From: an uncultured Actinomycetes bacterium
Lineage (GTDB): Bacteria; Actinomycetota; Acidimicrobiia; IMCC26256; PALSA-610
DNA length: 64,000 bases
Direction of reading: 5' to 3'
NCBI GenBank assembly: GCA_963836365.1
Contig: CAWIJC010000002.1
Coordinates: 617,058-681,057 of the forward strand
In this document: positions 40,262-50,985 of the stretch, piece after piece
Layout of the letters: every line of letters starts with the position of its first letter
Numbering within the stretch: the stretch's first letter is position 1
Made by a program: the position numbers and the translations under genes
Notes under the pieces: generated by a model
What the model was told of the DNA's origin: nothing
What the model saw: only the letters and a program-made list of their open reading frames with translations
The model's database searches: none

Positions 40262-41423
40262 CGGGCTTGGTGCGGATCACGACGGCTCGCGCGCGAAACA
40301 CTCCCATCGCGAAGTACTGCGCGGCGCCGCCGTACGCCTGCGCGAGCGCGGTTCGGGCACCGTCGACCTGGTGTTCACCCGCGAGGCCGCGGACCTGAAG
40401 GGCGGCTTCGGCGAAGCGGAGCATGCCGGACGCGCCGATGGGGTTCGACGAGAGCACGCCGCCGCTCGGGTTCACCGGGAACGAGCCGGTGAGCTCCGTC
40501 TCGCCACTCTCGACCATCTTCCAGCCCTCCCCGGGACCGGCGATGTCGTGGCCCTCGAGCCACATCGGCTCGTACCAGCTGAACGGCACGTAGAGCTCGG
40601 CGACGTCGATCTCTTGGCGCGGCACGTTGATGCCCGCGCGGCGATAGACGTCGTGCGCGCATTCGACTCCGGCCTGCGGCCTCACGGGATTGCGGCCCGG
40701 GAATTGGCCGAGCTCGCTGCGGACGGCTGTCGCTTCGAGCCACGCCGCGGGCTTCGCGGCGCGGCGGCCGCCGGATTCGTCGGTCAGCACGACGGCGCAC
40801 GCACCATCGGACGACGGGCACGACTCGAGGAACCGCAGCGGGTCCCACAGCATCGGTGACTCCTTGACCTTCTCGATGCTGATGTCGGCGATCTTCAAGT
40901 GCGCGTACGGGTTCTTCAGCGCGTTGAGGCGGTCCTTCACCGCAACTTGCCAGCCGATGTAGTCGGGCGCGCCGGTCTGCTCGATGTACGCGCGTATCCA
41001 CGGCGCGAACGCGCCGCCGGCGCCGATGCCGCGGGAGCGTCCGCCCGCGAGACCCCACTGCGCGTTGCCCTCGCTCTGCTTCTCCCAAGCGATCGCGAGC
41101 ACGCGCGCATGAATGCGCGACTCGACGAGGTGCGCGCCGACGACGAACGTCGAGCCACCCACGGAACCAGCTGTGTGCACGCGCAGCATCGGCTTGCCGG
41201 CGGCGCCCAACGCGTCGGCGAGGAACAGCTCGGGCTGTACGATGCCTTCGAACGCGTCGGGCGCCTTGCCGATGACCAGGGCGTCGATGTCGGCGAAGGT
41301 CATCTCGGCGTCGGCGAGCGCGCGCAACGCCGCCTCACGCAACAACCCCGGGATCGAGACGTCGTCGCGCCGCTTCTTGTGGTGGGTCTGGCCGACGCCG
41401 ACGACCGCGCAACGCTCCGGCAT
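40233..41423 (-). CDS. thiolase-like lipid-transfer protein (Ltp family), 3-prime end uncertain
   Basis: MPERCAVVGVGQTHH...SVGGSTFVVGAHLV...VNPSGGVLSSNPIGASG. Confidence 0.7.
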   Translation of the reverse strand: MPERCAVVGVGQTHHKKRRDDVSIPGLLREAALRALADAEMTFADIDALVIGKAPDAFEGIVQPELFLADALGAAGKPMLRVHTAGSVGGSTFVVGAHLVESRIHARVLAIAWEKQSEGNAQWGLAGGRSRGIGAGGAFAPWIRAYIEQTGAPDYIGWQVAVKDRLNALKNPYAHLKIADISIEKVKESPMLWDPLRFLESCPSSDGACAVVLTDESGGRRAAKPAAWLEATAVRSELGQFPGRNPVRPQAGVECAHDVYRRAGINVPRQEIDVAELYVPFSWYEPMWLEGHDIAGPGEGWKMVESGETELTGSFPVNPSGGVLSSNPIGASGMLRFAEAALQVRGLAGEHQVDGARTALAQAYGGAAQYFAMGVFRARAVVIRTKPVTTSRPRCR

Positions 41424-42481
41424 CACTCCCCCTCGACGACGCACACCATGTTGTGCTGCAACACCTGGCCGCCGGTTGCGTGCGCGATCCCCCGATTCGC
41501 CGCGCCCGACATGATCCGCTGCGCGACCTCGACGAAGCGGATCAGCCCGGTCGCCATCACCGGGTTCGCCGCCAGCGGACCGCCCGACGGGTTCACTTTC
41601 GTACCTGCCGGCAAGCCCAGCGCCTCACGCAGGATCGGCTCCTGCGGGCTGAACGTGACCGAGAGCTCTGCGACGTCGACCGGTCCGCCGTCGTAGCCCG
41701 CTTTGCGCGCGGCCAACGTGGTCGACGACGACGTCGTGAGGTCGCGCATGCCGGGTTGATGCGGTTCGATGCGATGGTCGAGCCCCCTGATCCACGCGGG
41801 CCGCTCGCACAGCGCTCGCGCCCGATCACCGCGCGCCAACACGACGGCAGCCGCGGCGTCAGAGATCGGCGGCAGGTCGTGGCGCCGCAGCGGCGCGCGC
41901 ACATACGGCTCGCGTAGCAGGTCGTCGACGTTCGCGTCGCCTCGCACCTGCGCGTTCGGGTTGTCGAGAGCGTCGTGGCGGTTGCGCACGGCCACCTCGG
42001 CGAACGCGCGCTCCGACGATTTGCCTTTGTCGAGCAGCTTGCGCGCCTGCAAGCCGGCGAGCGTCACGGGATCGACGCCGAGCGGCGCGAGGTAGTACGG
42101 GTCGAGCTGCTGAGCCCAAACTTCTGCCGGCTGCGACGGCGACGACTTGCCCGAGCCGAACACGAGCGCGGTGTCGATGTCGCCGTGCTGCAGACGCACC
42201 CAGGCTTCGTACAGCGCCCACGCGCCGTCCATCTCGACGTGCGACTCCGAGATCGGCGGCCACGCGCCCGCGGCTTCGAGGTTCTGTACGAACGCGAACG
42301 GGCCGCCGGTGAGGTAGTCGCAGCTTCCCGCGCACGTGAAGCCGATCTCACGCCGGTCGAGCCCCGCGGCCCGCAACGCGCCCGCAACAGTCGGCACGAG
42401 CAGCTGCACCTCGCTCTCGAGCGCGCTGCGCACCGACGGTGTCTGCGCGTACCCGACGATCGCAACGTCGTTCGATGCCAT
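41423..42481 (-). CDS. thiolase-like lipid-transfer protein (Ltp family), second subunit
   Basis: MASNDVAIVGYAQTP...CAGSCDYLTGG...VNPSGGPLAANPVMATG. Confidence 0.7.
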   Translation of the reverse strand: MASNDVAIVGYAQTPSVRSALESEVQLLVPTVAGALRAAGLDRREIGFTCAGSCDYLTGGPFAFVQNLEAAGAWPPISESHVEMDGAWALYEAWVRLQHGDIDTALVFGSGKSSPSQPAEVWAQQLDPYYLAPLGVDPVTLAGLQARKLLDKGKSSERAFAEVAVRNRHDALDNPNAQVRGDANVDDLLREPYVRAPLRRHDLPPISDAAAAVVLARGDRARALCERPAWIRGLDHRIEPHQPGMRDLTTSSSTTLAARKAGYDGGPVDVAELSVTFSPQEPILREALGLPAGTKVNPSGGPLAANPVMATGLIRFVEVAQRIMSGAANRGIAHATGGQVLQHNMVCVVEGE

Positions 42482-42619
42482 GTCATCCGCTCCCGGCGCT
42501 TCGCGCCGGGCCCCTGCGCCGCCCCCCGACCCCTCCCACCACCCCATTTGGAGCGGCTTCGCCGCACGTTCTCGTGCTCGCTGCCGGGGCGGATACCGCC
42601 CTCGCGCTCGCTCGTCTCA

Positions 42620-43162
42620 TCAGAAAATGTGCTCCTGGAACCTCTCGCGGTCCATATCGGGCTCGCCGTTCGGCTCGAATCCCTCGATCACCGAGCCGAC
42701 GCCACCCCAACCACGGTTGCCGACGCCTTCCGCACTGCGCTTGTTCCTGTCCTTCCATATCGCACGTACGCGCAGGCCCGAGCGCACTTGGTCGTGCGGG
42801 ATCCCGACGATGTCCTGGCCGCCGAGGTTGGTGTCGGCGCCGTCGAGCAACACCGACGCGTACACGAACGGCTCGGTCTCCTTCTGGCCGTAGTACGGGA
42901 CCGGTGTGATGATCGTGAAGCCGGTGACGGTGCCGTTGTCGGACACCTCGACTTCGTCGTCGTCACCGGTCGCGACGACACAGAGGGGGCAGTAGCCGCG
43001 GCCCGGGATGTACACTCGCCGGCACTGCGGGCACTTGTGGCCAACGATGCGCCCTTCGAGCAGCGCATCGACGTAGCGATCGAGGATCGGCGTGAGCGGC
43101 TCCTCGTACGTGAGCGCGACGTGGTGCTCCATCACCAACGTTTCCTTCTTTTCATCACTCAT
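42620..43162 (-). CDS. DUF35 Zn-ribbon/OB-fold protein
   Basis: MSDEKKETLVMEHHVALTYEEP...GHKCPQCRRVYIPGRGYCPLCVV...GTVTGFTI. Confidence 0.7.
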   Translation of the reverse strand: MSDEKKETLVMEHHVALTYEEPLTPILDRYVDALLEGRIVGHKCPQCRRVYIPGRGYCPLCVVATGDDDEVEVSDNGTVTGFTIITPVPYYGQKETEPFVYASVLLDGADTNLGGQDIVGIPHDQVRSGLRVRAIWKDRNKRSAEGVGNRGWGGVGSVIEGFEPNGEPDMDRERFQEHIF

Positions 43163-43292
43163 GACTTGCCCCTTGCGCCAACGGCGCGGTGAGCCCCGCT
43201 CGCGCACGCTCACTCATGCGGCTCCGACCTCCGGCGCTCCATCACGGCGACGCATCGCTCGACGGTCCGCGCCTGCGTCTGCGCCCGGCTGC

Positions 43293-43721
43293 TCATGCCG
43301 GCTCCCATGCTTCGAGGTCGTCGACGCGGTTCTTGGCTTCTGCGCGCCAGCGCGGTGTCACGCGCATGCCGGTCGACATGTTGTCGATGCTGCCGGCGTC
43401 GACCGCGTGGACCATCGCGGTATCGGCGCCGTCGGGCCGTATCAGCGCGAACGCGAACGGCTTCGGCAACGGATGCTTCGACGTCGGCGCCGCGACCCAC
43501 GTCCACGACTCGACGGTCCCTTCGGGGCCGACTTCGACGAGGTCGGTGAGCGTCTCACCGGTGTTCGGGTCGTACTCCAACGGCGGGACGAGCACCTTGC
43601 CGTCGCGCGTGCGGATGCCCTGCAGCCGATGCTGCTTCAACCCCGCGAAGAACGCGCCGACGACCGGCCCGACCGTGCGCGAGTAGGGGAACTCGAGCGT
43701 ATTCTTCGTCACCCTGGTCAT
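43293..43721 (-). CDS. DUF35 OB-fold domain protein (second copy)
   Basis: MTRVTKNTLEFPYSRTVGPVVGAFFAGLKQHRLQGIRTRDGKVLVPPLEYDPNTGETLTDLVEVGPEGTVESWTWV. Confidence 0.65.
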   Translation of the reverse strand: MTRVTKNTLEFPYSRTVGPVVGAFFAGLKQHRLQGIRTRDGKVLVPPLEYDPNTGETLTDLVEVGPEGTVESWTWVAAPTSKHPLPKPFAFALIRPDGADTAMVHAVDAGSIDNMSTGMRVTPRWRAEAKNRVDDLEAWEPA

Positions 43722-43798
43722 GTAGCTCGCTTTTGTCGTCTTCGACGACAGGCCGCGGGTCCCAGCCGCGCGGGCGCTCGGCTCGGGCCGCACGCTAA

Positions 43799-45225
43799 TC
43801 ACCGACGAGCGATCAGCGCACGCGTGTCGACCTTGCCCATCGCCGTGAGCGGCAGCGCGTCGAGCAGCTCGAGCCGGTCGGGCGCCTTGTAGTCGGCGAG
43901 TATGGCCCGGCAGTGCGCGCGCAACCGTTCGAGATCGGGCGCGGCGCCGTCGGCCGCGACGACGTACGCAACGCCGATCTCGCCGAGCACACGGTCGGGA
44001 ACGCCGACCACTGCGACGTGCGCAACGTCGGGATGCGCCGCCAGCACCTGCTCGACCTCGACGGGGTAGACGTTGTAGCCACCGCGGATGTACATCTCGG
44101 TGCGGCGGCCCACGAGCGTCAGGTAGCCGCGCTCGTCGAGCGACCCCATGTCGCCGGTCGACAACCAGCCCTCCGCGTCGATGACCTCGGCCGTGCGCGC
44201 GGGATCCCGCCAGTACGCCGCGCATCACCGCCGCCGACCGGCAGCGCACGCGACCCGATCGCGCCGGTTGCGAGCGGTACTCCGGCATCATCGACGACTT
44301 GGAGCTCGACGTTCTCGCGTGCGCGCCCGACCGTGCGCGCGAGAACTTCGGGTGCGTCTCCGGGCACCGTACCGGTGGTGATCGCCGCTTCCGTGCTCGT
44401 GTACCCGATGACGACCGGGCAGCCGAGCCGTCGTTCCATCTCGCGCACGAGCTCGGGCGGCACCGCGGCGGCGCCGGTGCCCGCGATACGCAACGAGGAG
44501 ACGTCGGTGGCCTCGAACGAGGGATGGTCGAGCACGAGTCGCCATTGCGTCGGCACGCCCTGTCCGACAGTGACGCGCTCGGACGCGATGAGCTCCAGCG
44601 TCTCGGCGGCCGTCCACGGTGTCGACGGGATGATCGTCGTGATGACGTTCTCGATCTCCTCCCATGGACGCGACATGTACGCGACGTGCGCGAAAGGCAG
44701 GGGGCTGAGCCGGCGGTCGAACCGCGCGCCGAGATCGCCGCCACCGATCGCGACCGCGGCGAGGCTCTCGTGCGCGAACACCGCACCTTTTGGCATCCCG
44801 GTGGTCCCGCTCGTCCACACGATCGCAACCGGGTCGTCGGCGCGCGGCTGTGGCAGCACCCCCGGCGAGCGCTCGTACGCATTGCGCAACTGTGCGAGAT
44901 CGGGTTCGCGCACGACGACGCGAGGCTGCGTACGTTCGAGAATGCTGGTGATCTCCGCGGGGCCGAGCCGCGGATTGATTCCCGTCGTGATCGCGCGCAA
45001 CCGCATCGCGGCCTGGTAGCACACCGCGTAGTCGATCGACGACGGCACAAGCAGCGCGACGACGTCGCCGGGCTCGACACCCATTGCGTGCCATTGCGTT
45101 GCGAGGCCGTCGGCGGCGCGGCTCCATTCACCGAACGTCATCCGCCGGCCAACGTGTACGTACGCCTCGCGCTCGCCGTGCGTCTCGGCAATGGCGCGAA
45201 GCAGGTCGACGGCAGTCTTCGTCAT
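43799..45225 (-). CDS. AMP-dependent acyl-CoA synthetase/ligase; frameshift near 44150-44200
   Basis: N-terminal MTKTAVDLLRAIAETHGEREAY...WTSGTTGMPKG (ORF 44119-45471). C-terminal DMGSLDERGYLTLVGRRTEMYIRGGYNVYP...YKAP (ORF 43799-44164). Confidence 0.7.
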
Positions 45226-45263
45226 GCGGATGCGGGCCACGCCCCGAGCGATAGCGTGGCCGG

Positions 45264-45941
45264 GTGCCTCCGTCGAAGCAAGCACGGGCGCGCCAGGCAC
45301 GCCAGAAACAACGCCTGGCAGTCGCGGCCGCCAAGCGGCAACGTGTGCAGCGGCGGCGGGTGGGTGCTGTGATCTTCGTCGCCATCTTCGTGTTGATCGT
45401 CGTCGTGTTCGGTGCATTCGTGCTCGTGGGGAACACGCACAACGACTCCGCGACGCCACCGCCCACGACACCGAACAACATGTCGTCGACGACCGCCGCG
45501 CCGGCGTCGGCCAAGGGGAAGCCGTGCGTCGCGGCCAAGGGTCTGCCGAAGGGCGCGCCTGCCGTTCCGGTGCAGGTCGGCCCGCCGCCGAAGAAGCTCG
45601 TCATCAAGGATCTGAAGGTGGGCTCCGGCGCAGAGGTGAAGGCCGACGACACGATCAGCGCCGATTACATCGGGGTGTTCTGCTCGACCGGGAAAGTGCT
45701 CGGTTCGTCGTACGGCGGCGGTCAAGCGATCGAGGGTCCGGTCAGCCAGTTCATTCCCGGTTGGATACAAGGCATCCCCGGCATGAAGGTCGGCGGCCGG
45801 CGTCTCCTCGGGATTCCGTACGACTTGGCCTACGGCGCCGAGGGGCGTCCGCCGAACATCGCTCCCTACGAAGCGTTGTGGTTCGTCGTCGACGTGACGA
45901 AGGCGGCCGTGACACCCACGACCACGTTGCCGGGCGGTTAG
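45264..45941 (+). CDS. membrane-anchored FKBP-type peptidyl-prolyl cis-trans isomerase
   Basis: N-terminal TM helix; FKBP domain ISADYIGVFCSTGKVLGSSYGGGQAIEGPVSQFIPGWIQGIPGMKVGGRRLLGIPYDLAYG. Confidence 0.8.
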   Translation: MPPSKQARARQARQKQRLAVAAAKRQRVQRRRVGAVIFVAIFVLIVVVFGAFVLVGNTHNDSATPPPTTPNNMSSTTAAPASAKGKPCVAAKGLPKGAPAVPVQVGPPPKKLVIKDLKVGSGAEVKADDTISADYIGVFCSTGKVLGSSYGGGQAIEGPVSQFIPGWIQGIPGMKVGGRRLLGIPYDLAYGAEGRPPNIAPYEALWFVVDVTKAAVTPTTTLPGG

Positions 45942-45947
45942 CTGCGG

Positions 45948-46364
45948 TCAGATCCCCCGTGCGCACGCGATCGCGGCCCAGACTGCTTTTGCGGTTCCGT
46001 GCGTCTGCGTGCCCCACGTCTCGGCGATCGCTTCGACCATGTGCAGGCCGTAGCCGCCGCCCCCGAACGCGACGTCGCGCGGCCTCACGTTGGTCGCTTT
46101 GCCGTCGCTCACTTCGACGATCGTCTCCGTCGTGTCGACGTCGATCGCGCGCGTGATAGGGCGGCGCCGCGTGCAGGAGCGCGTTCGTTGCCAGCTCACT
46201 CATCACGAGAGTGACGGCGCGAATGTGCGCCGGTGACCTCCCGAGGGGCCGCAGCGACACCAGCGTGTCGGCGCGCAGGCGCGTGAGATCCTCGACGCCG
46301 ACGAACGGCGAGTCGTACACACGGTCTCGCTGGCGCCGGCCGTGTGGCGACTGGAAGTCGACGC
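45948..46364 (-). CDS. RsbW/SpoIIAB-like anti-sigma factor serine kinase (HATPase_c); frameshift near 46150
   Basis: N-box VTLVMSELATNALLHA and G-box GGGGYGLHMVEAIAETWG lie in different frames. Confidence 0.5.
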
Positions 46365-46493
46365 GCGGCATGCGTTGGCGATACCCGCGCCGGCGCGTCG
46401 GGTCACCTCGCGCAGGCAGTTTCGGGCCCGAGGCCCCGGAAACCGGATCGTTCGTCGGACGGAAAGCGTGCCGGCGACCGCGCGGGGCCGGAT

Positions 46494-46735
46494 CTACGAG
46501 CCGACAGGCCGTGCCGGCAGGATGGCCTCGATGCGCAGGACGTCGTCGGATGTCGTGCCGTAGAAGTGCGCGAGCTGATCGGCGAGGCTGCGAATCGTTC
46601 GCAGCAATGTCGTCATCAACGCGAGCGCGTCGCCGTCGAACGCGTCGTACGCGAGCCGCCGCAGTTTCTGATCGTCGATGGGTTCGTCGTCGACTGCGTG
46701 GAACAGCTCCATCAGGCAATCGCTGTGCACCATGC
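46494..46735 (-). CDS. hypothetical small protein (80 aa)
   Basis: ORF MVHSDCLMELFHAVDDEPIDDQKLRRLAYDAFDGDALALMTTLLRTIRSLADQLAHFYGTT...; no family recognised. Confidence 0.35.
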
Positions 46736-47225
46736 AGGTTCTCCTCGATCCACGTTTCGGGTCCAGGTTTATCCTGTTGGCGACGCTCACGTCGAGGCGC
46801 GCGCAGAATCGCAGGGGCGTCGCCGCGACCGGCGACACGCAAGGGGGCACATTGGGCGTACGTGTGAACGGCGCTCGCGCATCGCGCACCCACGCCCGGC
46901 TGCTGTTCGACAACAACGTGCGGTCGCTCTGTTCGAGGCCTCGTCGAGCGCCGGGGGCCATCGCTCGATTCTCGGTGTGCTGAGGCACATCGGCGGCTGG
47001 CTGCACGTGTATCACTCCTACGCGTTCGACGAAGCACCCACGCATTGGAGCCACACGTCGTGGCCGCGCGGGCTGCGAGACACCGTCGAGACCACACCCG
47101 ACTATCTGCAAGAACTGGTGGCGTCACGGCGTGCGGCCCGGGTGGATGAGCGACGCGCACGCGCCGCGCCACGAAGGCGCGCTGCGGGCCGCGCACGACC
47201 CGCGCCGGACCGGCGCATAGCGGAC

Positions 47226-48991
47226 TCAGCGGTACGCGGCGGCCTGGATGCCGTAGAGCTCGGCGTAGGGCCCGTTGCGCGCCATGAGATCGTCGTGGCC
47301 GCCGACCTCCACGACGCGTGCGCCGTCGAGCACGACGATCAGGTCGGCCATGCGCACCGTGCTGAAGCGGTGCGACACGAGGATTGTGATCCGGCCGTCG
47401 TCCGTCTCGCCGCGCCCGCCCGCCGCGTAGCGCTCGAACAACGCGTGCTCGGTTTCGGCGTCGAGCGCGGCCGTCGGCTCGTCGAGCACGAGCAGCAGCG
47501 GCACGTCACGCATGAATCCGCGCGCCAATGCAAGCTTCTGCCACTGTCCGAACGACACCTCGACACCGTCGGGCCACGTCGGTCCGAGCTGGGTGTCCAA
47601 TCCCGACGACGAGCTTGCGCGACGACGTCGTCGGCGCCGGCGCGACCGACCGCGGTCGACGACCGCGGGCTGGTCGTCGAGACGCGGGATGTCGCCGACG
47701 CCCACGCTGTGGCGCGCGCGGAACTCGAAGCGGAAGAAGTCTTGGTACGCGCCCGGAGAGTCGACCACGCCATTCGTCGGTCGGGCATGCGCGCGAGCTC
47801 GGCGCCGTCGACGAGGATCCGACCCGCACGTCGGCTCGTAGAACTTCGACAGCAACTTCACGAGCGTGGTCTTCCCGGCGCCGTTCTCGCCGACGATCGC
47901 GACGACCGCACCCGCGGGCAGCGTGAGATCGACGTCTTGCAACACGAGGCGATCGGTCCCCGGATACGCGAACGAAACGCCCTCGAGAGTGATCCCGTCG
48001 CGCAGGCGCGTCGGCACCGCGACGTCGTTGTGCGATCTCGAGCGACGCCGCGTAATCCTCGAGCCACGCGAGCCGGCGCGAGCCGTCGAGCCAGATCCCG
48101 CGGAGGAATCCGATCTCGCCGACCGTCGCCGCCGATGTACTGCGACAGGCGCGCGCCGGCGGCGAGCACGAGCAACACGTCCTGCGGCGGCGCGTCGATG
48201 CCCGACGCCACGAACACGACCGCGCCGACGAAACCCGCACCGAAGATCGCCCATCCGAGCGTGTGCCAGATCGCGGAGTGCGATCCGCGCGGCGCGCGAC
48301 CGGCCCGTACCAACGCTCCCACGCGTCGCGGCCGGTCGGTCGGCGAGCTTGGTGCCGATGCGCGTGACGCGTACTTCCTTGCCGGGCGGTGCGGTCGTCG
48401 CGGTCGTGAACAGGTGGTGCGAGAGCCGCTCGTTCGAGCGCGACGCGTTCCTGCGCGTCGCGCTCGACGGCCGGCCGCCACGACGACGTCAAGACCGTAG
48501 GGAGTGCGAACACGGCGAGCAACACGAGCACGGGACTGATCGACGCGAGGAGCAGCACGGTGACGCCGAGTCGCAGGATCCAGCCTGCCGTCGAGAAGAC
48601 CGACATGTACATGTGGTCGAGCACGAAGATCTGATCGCGCAGCACCGAGAGCCGGTCGAGGTAGTCGGGACGCTCGTGGTGGGCGACGGTGACGATCGAC
48701 GCTTGCAAGCGCGCAACGTGCGATTCGAGCGCGATCGTGACCTTGTCGCGGAACCGGCGCTGGATACGCGTCGAGACCGTCGTGAGGAACCACGTCGCGG
48801 CGGCCGAGCACGGCGAGTCCCATCGCGGCCGTGCGGACGAGCCCGCTGTGGTGGTCGACGATGCCCTCGCCGAGGAACTTGAACCACACGGCCAGCAGCG
48901 CGTCGGGAAGCGCGGCGAGCAGCGCGAGCAGGAATGCCACGAACATGAGCGCGGGCTCGTGCTGGTAGCCGAGCTTGCACAGCCGCCACAT
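47226..48991 (-). pseudogene. ABC exporter, fused TMD-NBD half-transporter, multiple frameshifts
   Basis: Walker [15 protein letters not shown], signature SFGQWQKLALARGF, Walker B LLVLDEPTAALD, and the TM region. It is scattered over three frames. Confidence 0.6.
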
Positions 48992-49067
48992 CGACGACAG
49001 TGCGGGCGGGAGCTCGTCGTCGCGGAACGGCGCTCTTCTTGCGCAGGTTACGAGAGGACATCGAAGA

Positions 49068-50866
49068 TCACCTCCTCCTCGCCATCTTCGGCTCGGCCGG
49101 AGGCGAAGCGCTGCGCCTGCAAGCTCGAACATCGTGCGGTAACGACCGCCGAGCTGCCATCAGCTCGTCGTGCGTGCCGAGCTCGATGACACGACCGTGC
49201 TCGAGCACGCAGATGCGGTCGGCGTGCCGCACCGTCGAGAACCGGTGGGAGATCAAGATCGTCGTCGTCTCGCCGCGTCGCGGCAAGGATGCGGTCGAAG
49301 ATCTCGGCCTCCCCGCGCACGTCGAGCTGTGCGGTCGGCTCGTCGAGCAGCACGAGACCCGCACCCAGCTCGACCGCGCACAACGCGCGCGGCGAGAGCG
49401 ACGCGTTGCCACTGCCCGCCGGAAAGGTCGGTGCCGCCCTCGTAGCCCTTCGACAACGGCGTGTCGAGCGACGCGAGGTCGCGCGCGCCCGCCGCGCCGA
49501 GCGCGACGAGCACGACTTCGTCGGGCGCGCCACGCGGCGCGACGTTGTCGCGCAACGGCCGTTCGAACTTGATGAAGTCCTGGAACACCGCGGTGATGCG
49601 CGCGCGCCATCCGTCGATGTCGAAGTCGTGTAGGTCGACACCGTCGACCTCGATCGAGCCGGACTGCGGGTCGTAGAGGCGGCACAAGAGCTTCGCGAGC
49701 GTCGTCTTGCCGGCGCCGTTCTGTCCGACGATCGCCAGCGACGAACCGGCGGGAATGGTGAGGTCGAGATGCTCGAGCACCGGTGCTTCGTGCGTTGCCG
49801 GGTATGCGAACGTCACGTCGCGCAGACGGATCTCCCGGGTGGGCATTCCCGTCGCCGCCCGCTCGCCGGCGGGCAGCGCGCCGAGCACGCTCGTCTTGGG
49901 TTTGATGCGCAGCACGGCCGCCACCGGTGCGGCGGCGCCGTCGAGCGCCCAGTTCAGACCGCCGAACGCGATCATCGACGTGCCGATCGCCGCCTGTGCG
50001 AAGACGACAGCCGCGCCGAGCCCGATGCGGCCGTCGATCGCGGCCGCCGCGATCGACCAGAACACGAGCACGTTCGCGGCGAGCACAAGGAGCAGGCTGC
50101 CGAGCACCGAGCGCTCGCGCATGCGCGTCGCCTGATATTGCAGCGTGTGCAGCAGCGTGCGCCGCTCGACGAAGCGGTCGATCGTCCACGGCCCGAGCCC
50201 GAACATCCGCAGCTCTTTGCTCGCGGGCGGATCGACCGCGAGCCGGTAGGCGTAGTCGGCATCGCGTTGCGCGGCACGTACCTCTTCGGTGTTGCGGTCG
50301 CGCCAGATGGCGCTTTCCTTCAGCAGCCAGTGCGTCGCAAGCCACGCGCCGGCGAGCGGAAGCGGCGCCCACCACGCGTACCCGAACAGGACCGCCGCGG
50401 ACGCGAGACCGCCGATCATCTGCGCGAGCCCGTCGGCGATGAAGTCGAGCGAGATCGACAGCGGCGGGCCGGTCATGCCGAGATCGAAGTCGCGCGCAAC
50501 CTGCAGGTCGCTCGCGAGCTCCGGGTCTTCGAGATGACCCATGCCGGGCGGCTCGACGCACGCGTCGGTGAGCTGGTCGTAGAGCCACGCCGCGGTGCGG
50601 TCGCCGAGGTTGCCGCTGATCGCCGTGTGGATCGGGTTGAGCACCTGCAGCAGCACGAAGACGATGCCGACGGCGGTGAGCGGGAGCGCGAGCGCGTCGC
50701 CGTGCTGCACCGCGCCGACGAGCACACCCATCGCGATCGCGAAGGCCGCCGGCAGCACTCCACGCAACACGAGGACCAGCCACCAGGCGACGGCCAACGG
50801 GAGGTCGGCCTTGTGCAGTACGCCGAAGAACTTCAATTCCTGGCGCTCTCGGAGACGAGCGATCAT
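49068..50866 (-). CDS. ABC exporter half-transporter (TMD-NBD); C-terminal frameshift
   Basis: TM region followed by [26 protein letters not shown] and [10 protein letters not shown]. Confidence 0.65.
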
Positions 50867-50985
50867 GCAGCAAGTCTGCTGCAGCCTCACCCCCCGCGTC
50901 TTGTACGAATGCGAACTACCGCTCGGTCCGGTGACGAGGCCCGCGTGAACAGGCCGAACGCTGCGGGGGCGCCGGGGGCCTGGTG

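Noticed and set aside
46344-48500. 718-aa plus-strand ORF
   Set aside because: It is antisense to the ABC exporter and RsbW genes, with an Arg/Asp-rich low-complexity translation. A possible small DinB-like ORF around 46840-47220 (motif LRHIGGWLHVYHSYAF) could not be substantiated.
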